This document shows, in pieces, positions 37,840 to 52,521 of a DNA stretch of 64,000 nucleotides. Made by a program: the position numbers and the translations under genes. The DNA comes from an uncultured delta proteobacterium. Lineage in GTDB: Bacteria > Desulfobacterota > Binatia > DP-6. The DNA is taken from contig CAWFFN010000009.1 of NCBI GenBank assembly GCA_963815115.1, forward strand, positions 192,001 through 256,000. Direction: 5' to 3'. Position 1 is the stretch's first letter, and each line of letters opens with the position of its first letter. The notes under the pieces are model-generated. The model was not told the origin of the DNA. It worked only from the letters and a program-made list of their open reading frames with translations, and did not search any database.

Positions 37840-38526
37840 TCACGCCAGCTCCGGCGCCAGCCGCCACAGGAACGTCCCGACGACGAGCGCCCACACGAGC
37901 AGCGCGCAGCTCGCGGGCATGCTGAGGTTCATGGCGAGCGCGGAGAACCCGGTGTACGCCTGCGCGACGCCCGCGGCGACGGTGGCGAGCGCTGCGATGA
38001 GACCGAGGCGGCCGAGCCAGCGCGGGAACCGGCGGCTGCACAGCATCGCGATGCCGAACGCCGAGAGGGTGAGTCCGAACAGCACGCCGAGCAGGCTCGC
38101 CATGCCGACCTCGATCTGGCGCACGGCGAAGGCTCCCTCGAAGGCGCGCGCACGGGAGTCGCCGGCTGCCTGCATCCAGCGCGTGACCATCACTCTGAGC
38201 GCCACGCCGTCGACCGCCTGGAGGCCGGCTGCTGCCGCGACGCTCGCTGCCGTTCCGGCGACCCCGATCCGGCCCCAGGCTGCTGCGGGCCCCGCTTCCA
38301 TCGCTGCCGCCAGCGCCACCAGGGCGACGGCGAGGATGGCAATGCCGGTGAACTGGCCGAGGTGGCTGGCAACCCAGAGACGGTCGGCGGCGTACTCGGC
38401 GAACGCCGCCGGCGCGTCGTTCGGATCGGCGCTCATCGGGTGGAGCAGCGTCGCGACGAACAGCGTCACGGCGCCACCCACGGCCGCCACGGCGCCGATT
38501 CGCACCAGATGTTGCGGGGTGCTCAC
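37840..38526 (-). CDS. Membrane protein (DUF4386-like)
   Basis: Hydrophobic C-terminal part of ORF 37840..39228 from GTG 38526: LLHP, WVASHLGQF, QAVDG. Confidence 0.65.
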   Translation of the reverse strand: MSTPQHLVRIGAVAAVGGAVTLFVATLLHPMSADPNDAPAAFAEYAADRLWVASHLGQFTGIAILAVALVALAAAMEAGPAAAWGRIGVAGTAASVAAAAGLQAVDGVALRVMVTRWMQAAGDSRARAFEGAFAVRQIEVGMASLLGVLFGLTLSAFGIAMLCSRRFPRWLGRLGLIAALATVAAGVAQAYTGFSALAMNLSMPASCALLVWALVVGTFLWRLAPELA

Positions 38527-39047
38527 ACGGATTCGGGCTTCCGCGGTCGGCGGCCGCCGTCTCCGCGGCGTTCGCCGATGACCCGTCCGCGGGACGGGAG
38601 ATCGACCCGCAGCAGCGGAAGGGCACGGCCCTTCGGTGTCGACGGAACCTCTCCGACCCGCCGCGCTCCCATGCGGCGATAGAACCCCTCCGCGTTCGGG
38701 TCCGAGGCCACGTCGAGCCGCGTGACCCGCATGACGTGAAGGCGGCGGACGAGGTGCGCGAAGAGCGCCCGCCCGACGCCGGCGCGGATGCGCCTCGGGT
38801 GCACCCACAAGTGCTCGAGCTCCCTCACCGGACCCGTGCCCGAGATCGCGTAGAAGCCGACGACCTCGCCGCCGTGGGCGGCGCAGTACACCGGGTGGCG
38901 ATCGATGAAGCCCGGGGTGACCGTGAGGTCGCGTTGCCAGAGTCGGAGGAGCCTCTCCGGATATCCCCAGTAGCGCTTCGCCGCGTGGGCGACCCGGGTC
39001 AGGGCGGCGGCATCGGCTCGTCGGGCCCTTCGGATCGGGGCGTTCAT
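38523..39047 (-). CDS. GNAT family N-acetyltransferase
   Basis: AKRYWGY, LEHLWVHP..GVGRAL, SDPNAEGFYRRMG. Confidence 0.85.
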   Translation of the reverse strand: MNAPIRRARRADAAALTRVAHAAKRYWGYPERLLRLWQRDLTVTPGFIDRHPVYCAAHGGEVVGFYAISGTGPVRELEHLWVHPRRIRAGVGRALFAHLVRRLHVMRVTRLDVASDPNAEGFYRRMGARRVGEVPSTPKGRALPLLRVDLPSRGRVIGERRGDGGRRPRKPESV

Positions 39048-39586
39048 CGAGTATCCCTCGGGGCGTCCCTCGTGAGCGCTTCGGGGCTCGGCCATGTGTA
39101 GCGGCAGCTGCGGCCGGTTCCTCCACCAGGGTTGGCGACGTCCGCAGTCCCCGCGTTGGCCGCCCCGAGCCCTTCGTAGAATCGTCTCGCCGCCTGGTTG
39201 GCCTCCCACACCCACAGGTAGACACCACGGTCTCCGTGGGACGCCGCGAGCCACGCGCCGGCGTGCCTCATGAGACCGGAGCCGACCCCCGCTCGTCGAT
39301 GGTCGTGTGCCACGTGCAGGTTGTCGATGAAGGAACCCCACCGGGGATCCTGACCGCCGTAGGCACAGACGAAGCAGACGACCCGGGCGCGATCCGTGGC
39401 CAGGGACACGAGCTGATTTGGCGGCGGGCGGTCGAGCCGCTCTCGCCATGCCTCCTGCCGGTCGGCAAGAACATCCCCGTCGAGAAACTCGTCGCGAAAA
39501 TTTCCCCGGTAGGTCCGCCGCCAGCTGTCGGCGTGGAGCTGTGCGATGGCCTCGGCATCCTTTTCGCTGGCAATTCGATACTGCAC
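39044..39586 (-). CDS. GNAT family N-acetyltransferase
   Basis: LHADSWRRTYRG, IDNLHV..RRAGVG, LWVWEANQAARRFYEGLG; start approximate. Confidence 0.85.
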   Translation of the reverse strand: MQYRIASEKDAEAIAQLHADSWRRTYRGNFRDEFLDGDVLADRQEAWRERLDRPPPNQLVSLATDRARVVCFVCAYGGQDPRWGSFIDNLHVAHDHRRAGVGSGLMRHAGAWLAASHGDRGVYLWVWEANQAARRFYEGLGAANAGTADVANPGGGTGRSCRYTWPSPEALTRDAPRDTR

Positions 39587-39720
39587 GAGCCCGACGACCG
39601 TAGGCGACGCTCGCATCCGCCGCAACGGGCCGGTCAGGCTGCGTCACGCGCTCTGGCCGGTAGTTCGAGATCGAGCCGCGAGGGCTTCCATCGGCCGCCC
39701 GGATGCGGCACGTCCGTTCC

Positions 39721-40230
39721 ATGGACACCCCGGAGATCATCGCGCAATTCGCCAAGATGCTGGAGAACCTCGACCGCTGGCTGGAGGCGGGCACCGCGTT
39801 CGCGGAGAAGAAGAAGTTCGCCCCGGACGTGCTCGCGCAGTCGCGCCTGGCCCCCGATCAGTACGAGCTGATCCGGCAGGTGCAGTCGGCCTGCGATGCC
39901 GCGAAGTACGCCGCCGGCTATCTGTCGGGGCAGGCGGCGCCGTCGCATCCCGACACGGAGAAGACCGTCGAGGAGCTGCGCGCGCGCGTCCGGACCTGCG
40001 TCCAGTATCTCCGCAGCGTGAAGCCGTCGGAGTATGCCGGTGCCGCAGACCGGCGCGTGGCTCCTCCCTGGATTCAGGGGAAGTGGTTCCGCGGCGCCGA
40101 CTATCTCGCCCAGGTCGCCGTCCCCAACTTCTACTTCCACGTGACGATGGCGTACGCCATCCTGCGCCACAACGGGGTCGATCTCGGCAAGATGGATTTC
40201 ATCGGGTCGCTGCCCGTTCGCGACGCCTGA
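39721..40230 (+). CDS. DUF1993 (DinB-like) family protein
   Basis: RLAPD..QVQSACD, PNFYFHVTMAYAILRHNGVDLGKMDF. Confidence 0.88.
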   Translation: MDTPEIIAQFAKMLENLDRWLEAGTAFAEKKKFAPDVLAQSRLAPDQYELIRQVQSACDAAKYAAGYLSGQAAPSHPDTEKTVEELRARVRTCVQYLRSVKPSEYAGAADRRVAPPWIQGKWFRGADYLAQVAVPNFYFHVTMAYAILRHNGVDLGKMDFIGSLPVRDA

Positions 40231-40246
40231 TCGGCTCGGGCTGCTC

Positions 40247-40549
40247 ATGCGGCTCGAGCGCATCCCGTGGGACGGCCCGGGCGCTCCCTCGGAGGCGACC
40301 TTGCGCAGCCGACTCGAGGCCGAGGGCTTCGGGGTCTTCTGCTGGCGCGACGAGGCCGGCGCCGCCTACACGGCGCACGCGCACGACCACGACGAGAGCC
40401 TCTGGGTGGTCGACGGAGAGATCACCTTCGGCGCCGGCGGCGCCGAGCTCCGTCTCGGCCCCGGCGATCGCCTCATGCTGCCGCGCGGCACCGTGCACAC
40501 GGCGAGGGCCGGTCCGCGCGGCGCAACCTATCTGATCGGCGAGCGCTAG
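40247..40549 (+). CDS. Cupin domain protein
   Basis: HAHDHDE..V.DG, LGPGDRLMLPRGTVH. Confidence 0.85.
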   Translation: MRLERIPWDGPGAPSEATLRSRLEAEGFGVFCWRDEAGAAYTAHAHDHDESLWVVDGEITFGAGGAELRLGPGDRLMLPRGTVHTARAGPRGATYLIGER

Positions 40550-40636
40550 CCGGCTGTCGCGCGGGGCGGCGGCGCCCGGCTCGCGCGCCGACGTTGTCTT
40601 GACAGTGCCGGCTGCGGGAGGACAGTGTCGCGCCGC

Positions 40637-42673
<2,037 letters not shown>

Positions 42674-42692
42674 TCGAGCGATCGGCCAGCGA

Positions 42693-43286
42693 TCAGTCCT
42701 GGATCAGGACGGGCGTGCCCACCCAGACCAGGCTGGCGAACTCCTCGATCGCGGCGTTGTCGAGCGAGATGCACCCCCACGTCCAGTCGATGCGCTCGCG
42801 GTTCAACCACGGCTTGTCCGTGCCGTGGATGCCGACCGCGCCTCCCACGCCGGCGTGCCCGCTGCCGTACGCGGGCACCATGCCGTCGGCCAGCGCTGTC
42901 CGGTAGCGGTTCGAATCCTGGATGTTCGGGTAGTCGAGCAGGAAGAAGTGGCCCCAGCGCTCGTGGGCTCGCTCGCCGATGATCATGTAGAGGCCGGTCG
43001 GCGTCCGGTGATCGCCCTCGTACAGCTTGCGCTCGGTGATGCCGCCGTCCCCGAACACCGCCGGATAGCTCCGGATGCGCTGGCCGTAGCGGTAGACGTC
43101 GAGGGTGCGGCAGGTCTTGCGGATGACGACGAACGAGGGCTCCTGGGTGGCCCACTCCAGCCGATCCTCGTCGGCGAGGAAGGGCGAGGGCCCGATCTTC
43201 TTCTTGGGGGAGGCGCACGCCGTCACCACGGCCACCATCACCACCACCCCTGCCGCGACACGCAGCGCCCGCATGGTGCGTCGCAT
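42693..43286 (-). CDS. L,D-transpeptidase (YkuD) family lipoprotein
   Basis: VTAC lipobox; GDHRTPTG.Y; GIHG..WTWGCI catalytic motif. Confidence 0.88.
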   Translation of the reverse strand: MRRTMRALRVAAGVVVMVAVVTACASPKKKIGPSPFLADEDRLEWATQEPSFVVIRKTCRTLDVYRYGQRIRSYPAVFGDGGITERKLYEGDHRTPTGLYMIIGERAHERWGHFFLLDYPNIQDSNRYRTALADGMVPAYGSGHAGVGGAVGIHGTDKPWLNRERIDWTWGCISLDNAAIEEFASLVWVGTPVLIQD

Positions 43287-43353
43287 TGTTACGTAGAACC
43301 GGGGCCTTGGGCAAGCCATGCAGGCATCCGGGGAATGTGATACCGCGCCAGCC

Positions 43354-44889
<1,536 letters not shown>

Positions 44890-44893
44890 AGCC

Positions 44894-46720
44894 ATGTGTG
44901 GAATCGTCGGATACGTCGGTCCCCGGGAGGCTTCTCCCATCCTGGTGTCCGGGCTGCGCAAGCTCGAGTACCGCGGCTACGATTCGGCCGGCCTGGCGAC
45001 CATCAGCGACCATCACATCGAGGTGCGCCGCTCCGTCGGCAAGCTCGACAACCTCGACGCCATGCTGCGCGCGCAACCGCTGGGAGGCACGCCCGGCGTC
45101 GGGCACACGCGCTGGGCGACGCACGGCCGGCCGTCCGAACAGAACGCCCACCCGCACCGCGCGGGCAAGGTGGTGGTGATCCACAACGGCATCATCGAGA
45201 ACTTCTTGGACCTCCGGCGCGCCCTGGCGGCGCGCGGTCGGACCATGGCCTCGGAGACCGACACCGAGGTGATCTCGCACCTGATCGACGAGTTCGTGGC
45301 CCAGGGCCACGGCCTGGCCGAGGCCACGCGCCGCGCCATCGCGGAGCTGGAAGGGTCGTTCGCCATCGTGGTCCTCTCCGAGAGCGAGCCCGACCGGCTG
45401 GTGGCCGCCAAGAACGCCACGCCCATCGTGCTCGGCCTCGGGGACGGCGAGAACTTCGTCGCCTCCGACATCCCCGCCATGCTCGAGCACACCCGCCGCG
45501 TGGTCTTCCTCGAGGACGGCGAGGTCGTGGAGCTCACCGCCGATCGCGCGGTCATCACCACCTTCACCGGCCAGCCGGTCGAGCGCGCCCCCAAGGTGGT
45601 GGCCTGGGACGCGGTGACGGCCCAGAAGGGCGGCTTCAAGCACTTTCTCCTGAAGGAGATCTACGAGCAGCCGCAGGCGATCATCGACACCATGCGCGGT
45701 CGCATCCTCCAGGCGGAGGGCGACGTGCAGCTCGACGTCGAGGTGACGGACAACCTCCCCACCGACGTCGAGCGCTGCGTGCTGGTGGCGTGCGGCACCG
45801 CATGGCACGCGTGCCTGGTCGGCAAGTTCCTGATCGAGAGCCTGGCCGGCATCCCGTGCGAGGTCGACTACGGCAGCGAGTTCCGCTACCGCGATCCCAT
45901 CCTCGATCCGAAGACGCTGCTGCTGGTGGTGTCGCAGTCGGGCGAGACGGCCGACACGCTGGCGGCCGTGGAAGCGGGCCGCGAGCGCGGTACGCCGGTG
46001 CTCGCGGTGTGCAACGTGGTGGATTCGTCGATCGCCCGGCGATCCAACGGCGTGCTCTACACCCACGCCGGTCCGGAGATCAGCGTCGCCAGCACGAAGG
46101 CGTTCACCACGCAGCTCACCGCGCTCTACCTCCTGGCGCTCTACCTGGGGCGGCAGCGCGGCCGGATCGATGCCGACCGCGGCCGCCAGCTCCTGAGCGA
46201 TCTCGTCGCCCTTCCCGCGCTGGTGAAGGAAGCGCTGTCGCGCGAGAAGCACATCGAGCGCGTGGCCAAGAAGTACGGCCAGGCGCAGGACTTCCTCTAC
46301 CTCGGTCGCGGCATCAACTACCCGGTGGCCCTGGAAGGCGCGCTCAAGCTGAAGGAGATCTCCTACATCCACGCCGAGGGCTATCCCGCGGGCGAGATGA
46401 AGCACGGCCCGATCGCGCTCATCAACGAGGAGCTGCCGGTCGTGGTGCTGATCCCGCACGACGCGGTCTTCCAGAAGACGCTCTCCAACCTGAAGGAGGT
46501 CGAGTCGCGCGGCGGGCGCATCATCGTGGTCACGGACGGCAAGACGGACGACCTCGAGGACGTCGCCTGGGAGGTGCTCGAGGTGCCGGCGACCAACCAG
46601 CTGCTGACCCCGATCATGCTGACGCTGCCGCTCCAGCTGCTCGCGTACCACGTCGCGGTCTACCGTGGCACCGACGTCGATCAGCCGCGCAACCTGGCGA
46701 AGAGCGTCACCGTCGAGTAG
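44894..46720 (+). CDS. glmS: Glutamine--fructose-6-phosphate aminotransferase
   Basis: MCGIVG, EYRGYDSAG, GHTRWATHG, PRNLAKSVTVE. Confidence 0.98.
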   Translation: MCGIVGYVGPREASPILVSGLRKLEYRGYDSAGLATISDHHIEVRRSVGKLDNLDAMLRAQPLGGTPGVGHTRWATHGRPSEQNAHPHRAGKVVVIHNGIIENFLDLRRALAARGRTMASETDTEVISHLIDEFVAQGHGLAEATRRAIAELEGSFAIVVLSESEPDRLVAAKNATPIVLGLGDGENFVASDIPAMLEHTRRVVFLEDGEVVELTADRAVITTFTGQPVERAPKVVAWDAVTAQKGGFKHFLLKEIYEQPQAIIDTMRGRILQAEGDVQLDVEVTDNLPTDVERCVLVACGTAWHACLVGKFLIESLAGIPCEVDYGSEFRYRDPILDPKTLLLVVSQSGETADTLAAVEAGRERGTPVLAVCNVVDSSIARRSNGVLYTHAGPEISVASTKAFTTQLTALYLLALYLGRQRGRIDADRGRQLLSDLVALPALVKEALSREKHIERVAKKYGQAQDFLYLGRGINYPVALEGALKLKEISYIHAEGYPAGEMKHGPIALINEELPVVVLIPHDAVFQKTLSNLKEVESRGGRIIVVTDGKTDDLEDVAWEVLEVPATNQLLTPIMLTLPLQLLAYHVAVYRGTDVDQPRNLAKSVTVE

Positions 46721-46733
46721 GGCGGCGGCTCGC

Positions 46734-47120
46734 TCACCAGAGTCGCCGGACGCCGTAGCGGTCGAACAGGGCCTCGTTGCTCACGAGCGTCAGGCCCTCG
46801 ATCTGAGCCTGCGCAACGAGCATGCGGTCGAACGGGTCACGGTGCGGTCCGGGAAGGGCACCGGCACGCTGCGCGTGCCGGACGCTGATGGCGAGATCGC
46901 GGAAGCTCTGGTCGTCCAGGTATCCCAGCAGGTCGTCGAGCAGCGGACCGACACGATCCAGCTTCCCCAACCGGTGCTTGGTCGCGATCTCCCACGCGCT
47001 GGCCGCACTCACGAACACGTCGTTCGCCTCCTCTGCGATCGCCGTGCGAGCCGGTCGGGAGAGCTGGCCCGCGCCGCCCGCCCACCAGAGCAGGGCGTGC
47101 GTGTCGAGAAGCAGCCGCAC
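46734..47120 (-). CDS. vapC: VapC family PIN-domain toxin
   Basis: LLLDTHALLW, SAWEIATK, HRDPFDRMLVAQA. Confidence 0.92.
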   Translation of the reverse strand: MRLLLDTHALLWWAGGAGQLSRPARTAIAEEANDVFVSAASAWEIATKHRLGKLDRVGPLLDDLLGYLDDQSFRDLAISVRHAQRAGALPGPHRDPFDRMLVAQAQIEGLTLVSNEALFDRYGVRRLW

Positions 47121-47129
47121 GGTTCGCCG

Positions 47130-47381
47130 TCACACGCCCCAGCGCTCGAGCTCGTCCGGGGGAAGCGGCTGGAAGAACTTCTTCCCGACGAACACCTTGC
47201 CGCGAAGGGCGCCGAAGCGCCGCCCGCCGCGCGGCCCCCGGGCAATCGGGACGAGGCGTGCGACCGGGATCCGCCCCCGCGCGATGACGACCTCCTCTCC
47301 ACGCTCCACCCGCTCGAGGAGCCGGGACAGGTGAGTCTTGGCCTGGTGCACGGTAACCGGCACGGCGGCGGACTTCCTCAT
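47130..47381 (-). CDS. Phd/YefM family antitoxin
   Basis: VTVHQAKTHLSRLLERVERGEEVVIARGRIPVARLVP. Confidence 0.92.
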   Translation of the reverse strand: MRKSAAVPVTVHQAKTHLSRLLERVERGEEVVIARGRIPVARLVPIARGPRGGRRFGALRGKVFVGKKFFQPLPPDELERWGV

Positions 47382-47420
47382 GACTAAGGTAGGTTAGTCC
47401 ACCAGTGAAGGAGCCGTCAA
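47382..47420 (-). promoter_or_regulatory. TA operon promoter and operator
   Basis: Minus strand TTGACG-N18-TAACCT; inverted repeat GACTAA-N6-TTAGTC (47382-47399) overlaps the -10 and abuts the ATG. Confidence 0.62.
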
Positions 47421-47427
47421 CCGCCCC

Positions 47428-48663
47428 TCAGAACCGCTGGCAGGGGACCCGCGTCAGCGCGTCGATTCCCACCACCGCCGCGTTCAGCAGGGTACCCACC
47501 TGCTGAGGGCCGAAGGCCTGCGGGCCGCCTTGCACGACCGCCGCCAGGTCGTGCTGGATCTGGAGGAGCGCCGCCCGGTCCGCCGGCGTGAACAGCCCTT
47601 GATCGGGGAGCGACAGGCTGAACACGCGGTTGACGTTCACCGCGTCGGCGTACGTCGCCAGCGCCGGGTTCGGATCGCGGAACGGCGGCGGAGCAACCGT
47701 CTCCGCGAGGGCGGCGGTGAGGCGGAAGGCGATCCTGCTCTGGATCGCCAGCTTTCTGGTGTCGACGACGTCGAAGGTGTCGCCCGTGGTGTGGTAGCAG
47801 CCGCCGGTCGAGTCCGAGAAGAATACGGTCGGCACCCGGCCGCGGAGGACGAAGTTCGCGTAGTCGCTGCGGAGCTGGCCGAAGATGAAGCTCACCGGCA
47901 GGGTCTCGAGCTTCTCCGCGGCGACCGCCTGGGTGACGAACGCGCCGAGCGCGCTGCCACCGGTCTCGGCGCCCACGGAGAAGCTGACGCGGCGGAGCGT
48001 CGGGAGCAGGTTGGCCCCCTGGATGTCGAAGTTCACGTAGGCGGTCGTCTGCGCGAGCGGCACCAGCGGGTGCAGCACGTAGTACAGCGAGCCGAGGAGG
48101 CCGTCCTCCTCGGCGTCCCAGAGGGCCAGCACCACGGAGCGCCGCGGAGGCCGGGCGAGCCTGGTCAGCGCCCGCCCGACGCCGAGGACCGCCCCGACGC
48201 CAGCGGCGTTGTCGGTGGCTCCGGGACAGATCGCACCACCCGGCGGAATGCCGCTCGAGCAGCGTCCGGACGCGAGGCTGCGCGAGTCGAGGTGGTCGTA
48301 ATGGCCGCCGACGATGACGTACTCGTCGGGCAGCTCCCGGCCCCGGATCACCGCCAGGAGGTTGGTGCCGGCCTGGCCCGACTGCTCGAACGGCTGCCGG
48401 AAGGCATCGTCGCCCGTGGCGGCCGCATTCAGCCCCGTGCCCAGCCGGCGCAGCTTGCGGATCAGCAGGCGCTGGGCGTGGTCCGATTCGGGGGTATCGT
48501 TGTCGCGGCCCCGGAACATCTGGCCGGAGAGGCGCTTCACGATGGACCGGACACCCTGCCTCGCCTTCTCGGCGGCATGGTCGACATCGCTCGCCTGTGC
48601 GGACGCGGACCGGGGCAGGGCGCCGGCGAGCAGCACGAGGGCGAGCAGGCGCGCCAGCCGCAT
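47428..48663 (-). CDS. Secreted M28 family metallopeptidase
   Basis: Signal peptide; GHYDH, DNAAG, DAEEDG, SDY, YHTTGD. Confidence 0.88.
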   Translation of the reverse strand: MRLARLLALVLLAGALPRSASAQASDVDHAAEKARQGVRSIVKRLSGQMFRGRDNDTPESDHAQRLLIRKLRRLGTGLNAAATGDDAFRQPFEQSGQAGTNLLAVIRGRELPDEYVIVGGHYDHLDSRSLASGRCSSGIPPGGAICPGATDNAAGVGAVLGVGRALTRLARPPRRSVVLALWDAEEDGLLGSLYYVLHPLVPLAQTTAYVNFDIQGANLLPTLRRVSFSVGAETGGSALGAFVTQAVAAEKLETLPVSFIFGQLRSDYANFVLRGRVPTVFFSDSTGGCYHTTGDTFDVVDTRKLAIQSRIAFRLTAALAETVAPPPFRDPNPALATYADAVNVNRVFSLSLPDQGLFTPADRAALLQIQHDLAAVVQGGPQAFGPQQVGTLLNAAVVGIDALTRVPCQRF

Positions 48664-48755
48664 GTCCGCGGCCGCTATCACGCGGGCCGCGCGGGGGACA
48701 ACCTGTCGGGGGTGCGGGCTGGCCTCCGCCTGGGCCGGCGGTTATCATCGTCCCG

Positions 48756-49949
<1,194 letters not shown>

Positions 49950-49954
49950 CGCCC

Positions 49955-51643
49955 GTGGTGCGGCGACGTCTCACATCCGGGCTGCTCGCGGCCCTTCTGC
50001 TCTCCGTCGTGCCGGCGCTCGCCCGGGCTGCCGCGCCCGAGCCGGTGAGCGCGCGCCTGCGCGCGGAGGACGCCGAGGCCGTGGTCGAGCTCACGATCAC
50101 TCCCGGGTGGCACGTGAACGCGCACACGCCGCGCGACGAGTTCCTGATCCCGACGACGCTGGAGTTCAGCCCGCCCCCCGGCCAGCAGGTCGCGGAGGTC
50201 ACATGGCCCAGGCCGGTGGAGCGCGTGCTGGCCATCTCGCCGGGCATGCCGCTCCTGCTCTACGAGGGAAAGGTGCGGCTCAGCGCGCCGCTCAGCGGGA
50301 CGGCCGCCGCCGCCGGTCCGCCGCTGCGCGCCCGGCTCCGCTTCCAGGCCTGCAACGACACCACCTGCCTGCCGCCGCGGACGCTCGAGCTGACCGCCGA
50401 AGAGAAACCGCGCGGTGCTGCGGCCGGGAACGGGAACGCGGTCGCGGACGCGGTCGCACGCTGGGGCTGGGGCGTCACCTTCCTGTGGGTCGGGCTGCTC
50501 GGCCTGGCGCTGAATCTCACCCCGTGCGTCTACCCGATGATCTCGATCACCGTGGCGTTCTTCGGCGGGCGCACCGCCGCCGAGTCCACCCGGGTGGGCC
50601 ACGCGCTCCTCTACGTGCTCGGCATCTGCCTCACGTTCTCGGCGCTGGGTGCGGCCGCGGCGCTCACCGGATCGCTCTTCGGTGCGGCCATGCAGCAGCC
50701 CGCCGTGCTGGCGGGGATCGCAGTCCTGATGGTGGCGCTCGCGCTCGGCAACTTCGGGCTCTACCAGGTGCGCCTGCCGTCCGTGCTCGTCCAGGCCGCG
50801 GGGCGTGCCGGCGAGGGGGCGCTCGGTGCCTTCATGATGGGGCTCACCATGGGCGTCGTGGGCGCGCCGTGCATCGGTCCCATCGTCGCCGCCCTGCTGC
50901 TCTACGTCGGAGCCACGCAATCCGCGTGGCTCGGCTTCGCCCTGTTCTTCACGCTCGGTCTCGGGATGGGGCTGCCCTACGTCGGTCTGGCGGCCGCCGC
51001 CGGCCGGCTGCGACGGCTGCCGCGCAGCGGCGCCTGGCTCGGCTGGATGGAGCGCCTGTTCGGCTTCGTGCTCCTCGGTCTGGCGCTGCACTTCGTCACG
51101 CCGCTGCTCGCGCCCTGGCTCGTGCGGGTCCTATGGACGATGCTCCTGGTGGGCGCCGGCGTCGTGCTGGGCTTCCTCGGGTCGGTGAGCGGCGAGCCGG
51201 TGGGGTACCGCTGGGGACGCCGGCTCGCGGGCGTGGCGGCCGTGGTGGTGGGGCTGAGCGGTCTCCTCGTCGCCGAGGCGGAGAGTCCCATCACCTGGGT
51301 GCCGTTCTCGGATCAGTCCCTGGCGCACGCCACGGAGAGCGGGCGGCCGGTGCTGATCGACTTCCAGGCCGCCTGGTGTCTGCCATGCCGCGAGATGGAG
51401 CGAACCACCTTCCGCGATCCCGCGGTGGTGCGCGCGCTGCGTGACTTCACCAACCTGAAGGCCGACGTGACCGCGCAGGACGAGCGCGCCGAGGCGCTCA
51501 TGGGTCACTGGGACGTGCCCGGCGTGCCGACGTACGTCCTGCTCGGCCCGGACGGTCGTGAGCGGCGGCGCTTCATCGGCTTCGTGCCCGTCGACCAGAT
51601 GCTCGATGGATTGCGGGAGGCTGTCGGAGCAGCGCGTGGCTGA
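49955..51643 (+). CDS. dsbD: Thiol:disulfide interchange protein DsbD family
   Basis: QACNDTTCLPP (alpha), LTPCVYP and APCIGP (beta), AWCLPC thioredoxin (gamma). Confidence 0.92.
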   Translation: MVRRRLTSGLLAALLLSVVPALARAAAPEPVSARLRAEDAEAVVELTITPGWHVNAHTPRDEFLIPTTLEFSPPPGQQVAEVTWPRPVERVLAISPGMPLLLYEGKVRLSAPLSGTAAAAGPPLRARLRFQACNDTTCLPPRTLELTAEEKPRGAAAGNGNAVADAVARWGWGVTFLWVGLLGLALNLTPCVYPMISITVAFFGGRTAAESTRVGHALLYVLGICLTFSALGAAAALTGSLFGAAMQQPAVLAGIAVLMVALALGNFGLYQVRLPSVLVQAAGRAGEGALGAFMMGLTMGVVGAPCIGPIVAALLLYVGATQSAWLGFALFFTLGLGMGLPYVGLAAAAGRLRRLPRSGAWLGWMERLFGFVLLGLALHFVTPLLAPWLVRVLWTMLLVGAGVVLGFLGSVSGEPVGYRWGRRLAGVAAVVVGLSGLLVAEAESPITWVPFSDQSLAHATESGRPVLIDFQAAWCLPCREMERTTFRDPAVVRALRDFTNLKADVTAQDERAEALMGHWDVPGVPTYVLLGPDGRERRRFIGFVPVDQMLDGLREAVGAARG

Positions 51644-52517
51644 CCGGCTCGCGCGCGCCCTGGGACACGGCGGCGCGGTGCGCGCGCTCGCCGCGGTGAC
51701 GACGGGGCTGGTCGAGGAGGCGCGCCGCCGGCACGACACCGCACCGACGGCGACGGCGGCGCTCGGGCGTGCGCTCACCGGAGCGCTCCTCCTGGCCGGC
51801 ACCATCAAGCGCGACGAGCGCCTGTCCCTCGAGTTCAGCGGCGACGGCCCGCTGCGCGGCGTGCTGGTCGACGCGACACCCGACGGGGACGCCCGCGGCT
51901 TCGTGCTCCGCCCCGCCACCCACGTGCCGCCTCGCGGCGGCAAGCTCGACGTCGGCGGTGCGCTGGGGCGCGGCGTGCTCTGCGTCATGCGCGTGCCGAT
52001 CGCGGCGGGCACGCTCTACCGCAGCATCGTGCCGCTCGAGTCCGGTGAGATCGGCGCCGACCTGGCGGGATACCTGCTCAACTCCGAGCAGGCACCGGCC
52101 GCGGTGGGCGTCGGGGTCTTCGTCGACGTCGACGGTCGCGTCGTGGCCGCGGGCGGCTATCTCGTGCAGGCGCTGCCGGGCGCGAGCGAGCGGGTGCTCG
52201 AGTCGGTCGCGGAGCAGGTCGAGCGGGTCGCCTCGCCCAGCGAGATGGTGCGGGAAGGACTCGGGGCGTCCGACATCCTGCGCCGGGTCGTGGGTGACGA
52301 TCTCTCGCTGCTCGAGGAGCGCGACGTGCGCTTTCGCTGCCGGTGCAGCCGGGAGCGGGTCGCGGTCGCCATCCTGGCGATGGGACGCGGCGAGATCGAG
52401 TCGGTGCTCGCCGGAGAGCGGCGCGCCGAGGTCACATGCGAGTTCTGTACCGAGCGCTACGTCCTGGAGGAGGGCGAGCTGCGAGAGCTGCTCGAAGGTG
52501 ACACCGGGACGGCGTGA
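51636..52517 (+). CDS. hslO: Hsp33 redox-regulated chaperone
   Basis: ALGRALTG, YLLNSEQ, AAGGYLVQ, FRCRCS..CEFC Zn motif. Confidence 0.93.
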   Translation: MADRLARALGHGGAVRALAAVTTGLVEEARRRHDTAPTATAALGRALTGALLLAGTIKRDERLSLEFSGDGPLRGVLVDATPDGDARGFVLRPATHVPPRGGKLDVGGALGRGVLCVMRVPIAAGTLYRSIVPLESGEIGADLAGYLLNSEQAPAAVGVGVFVDVDGRVVAAGGYLVQALPGASERVLESVAEQVERVASPSEMVREGLGASDILRRVVGDDLSLLEERDVRFRCRCSRERVAVAILAMGRGEIESVLAGERRAEVTCEFCTERYVLEEGELRELLEGDTGTA

Positions 52518-52521
52518 GCCG

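Noticed and set aside
46720-48700. Tn7-like transposon at glmS
   Set aside because: No tns genes or recognisable terminal repeats
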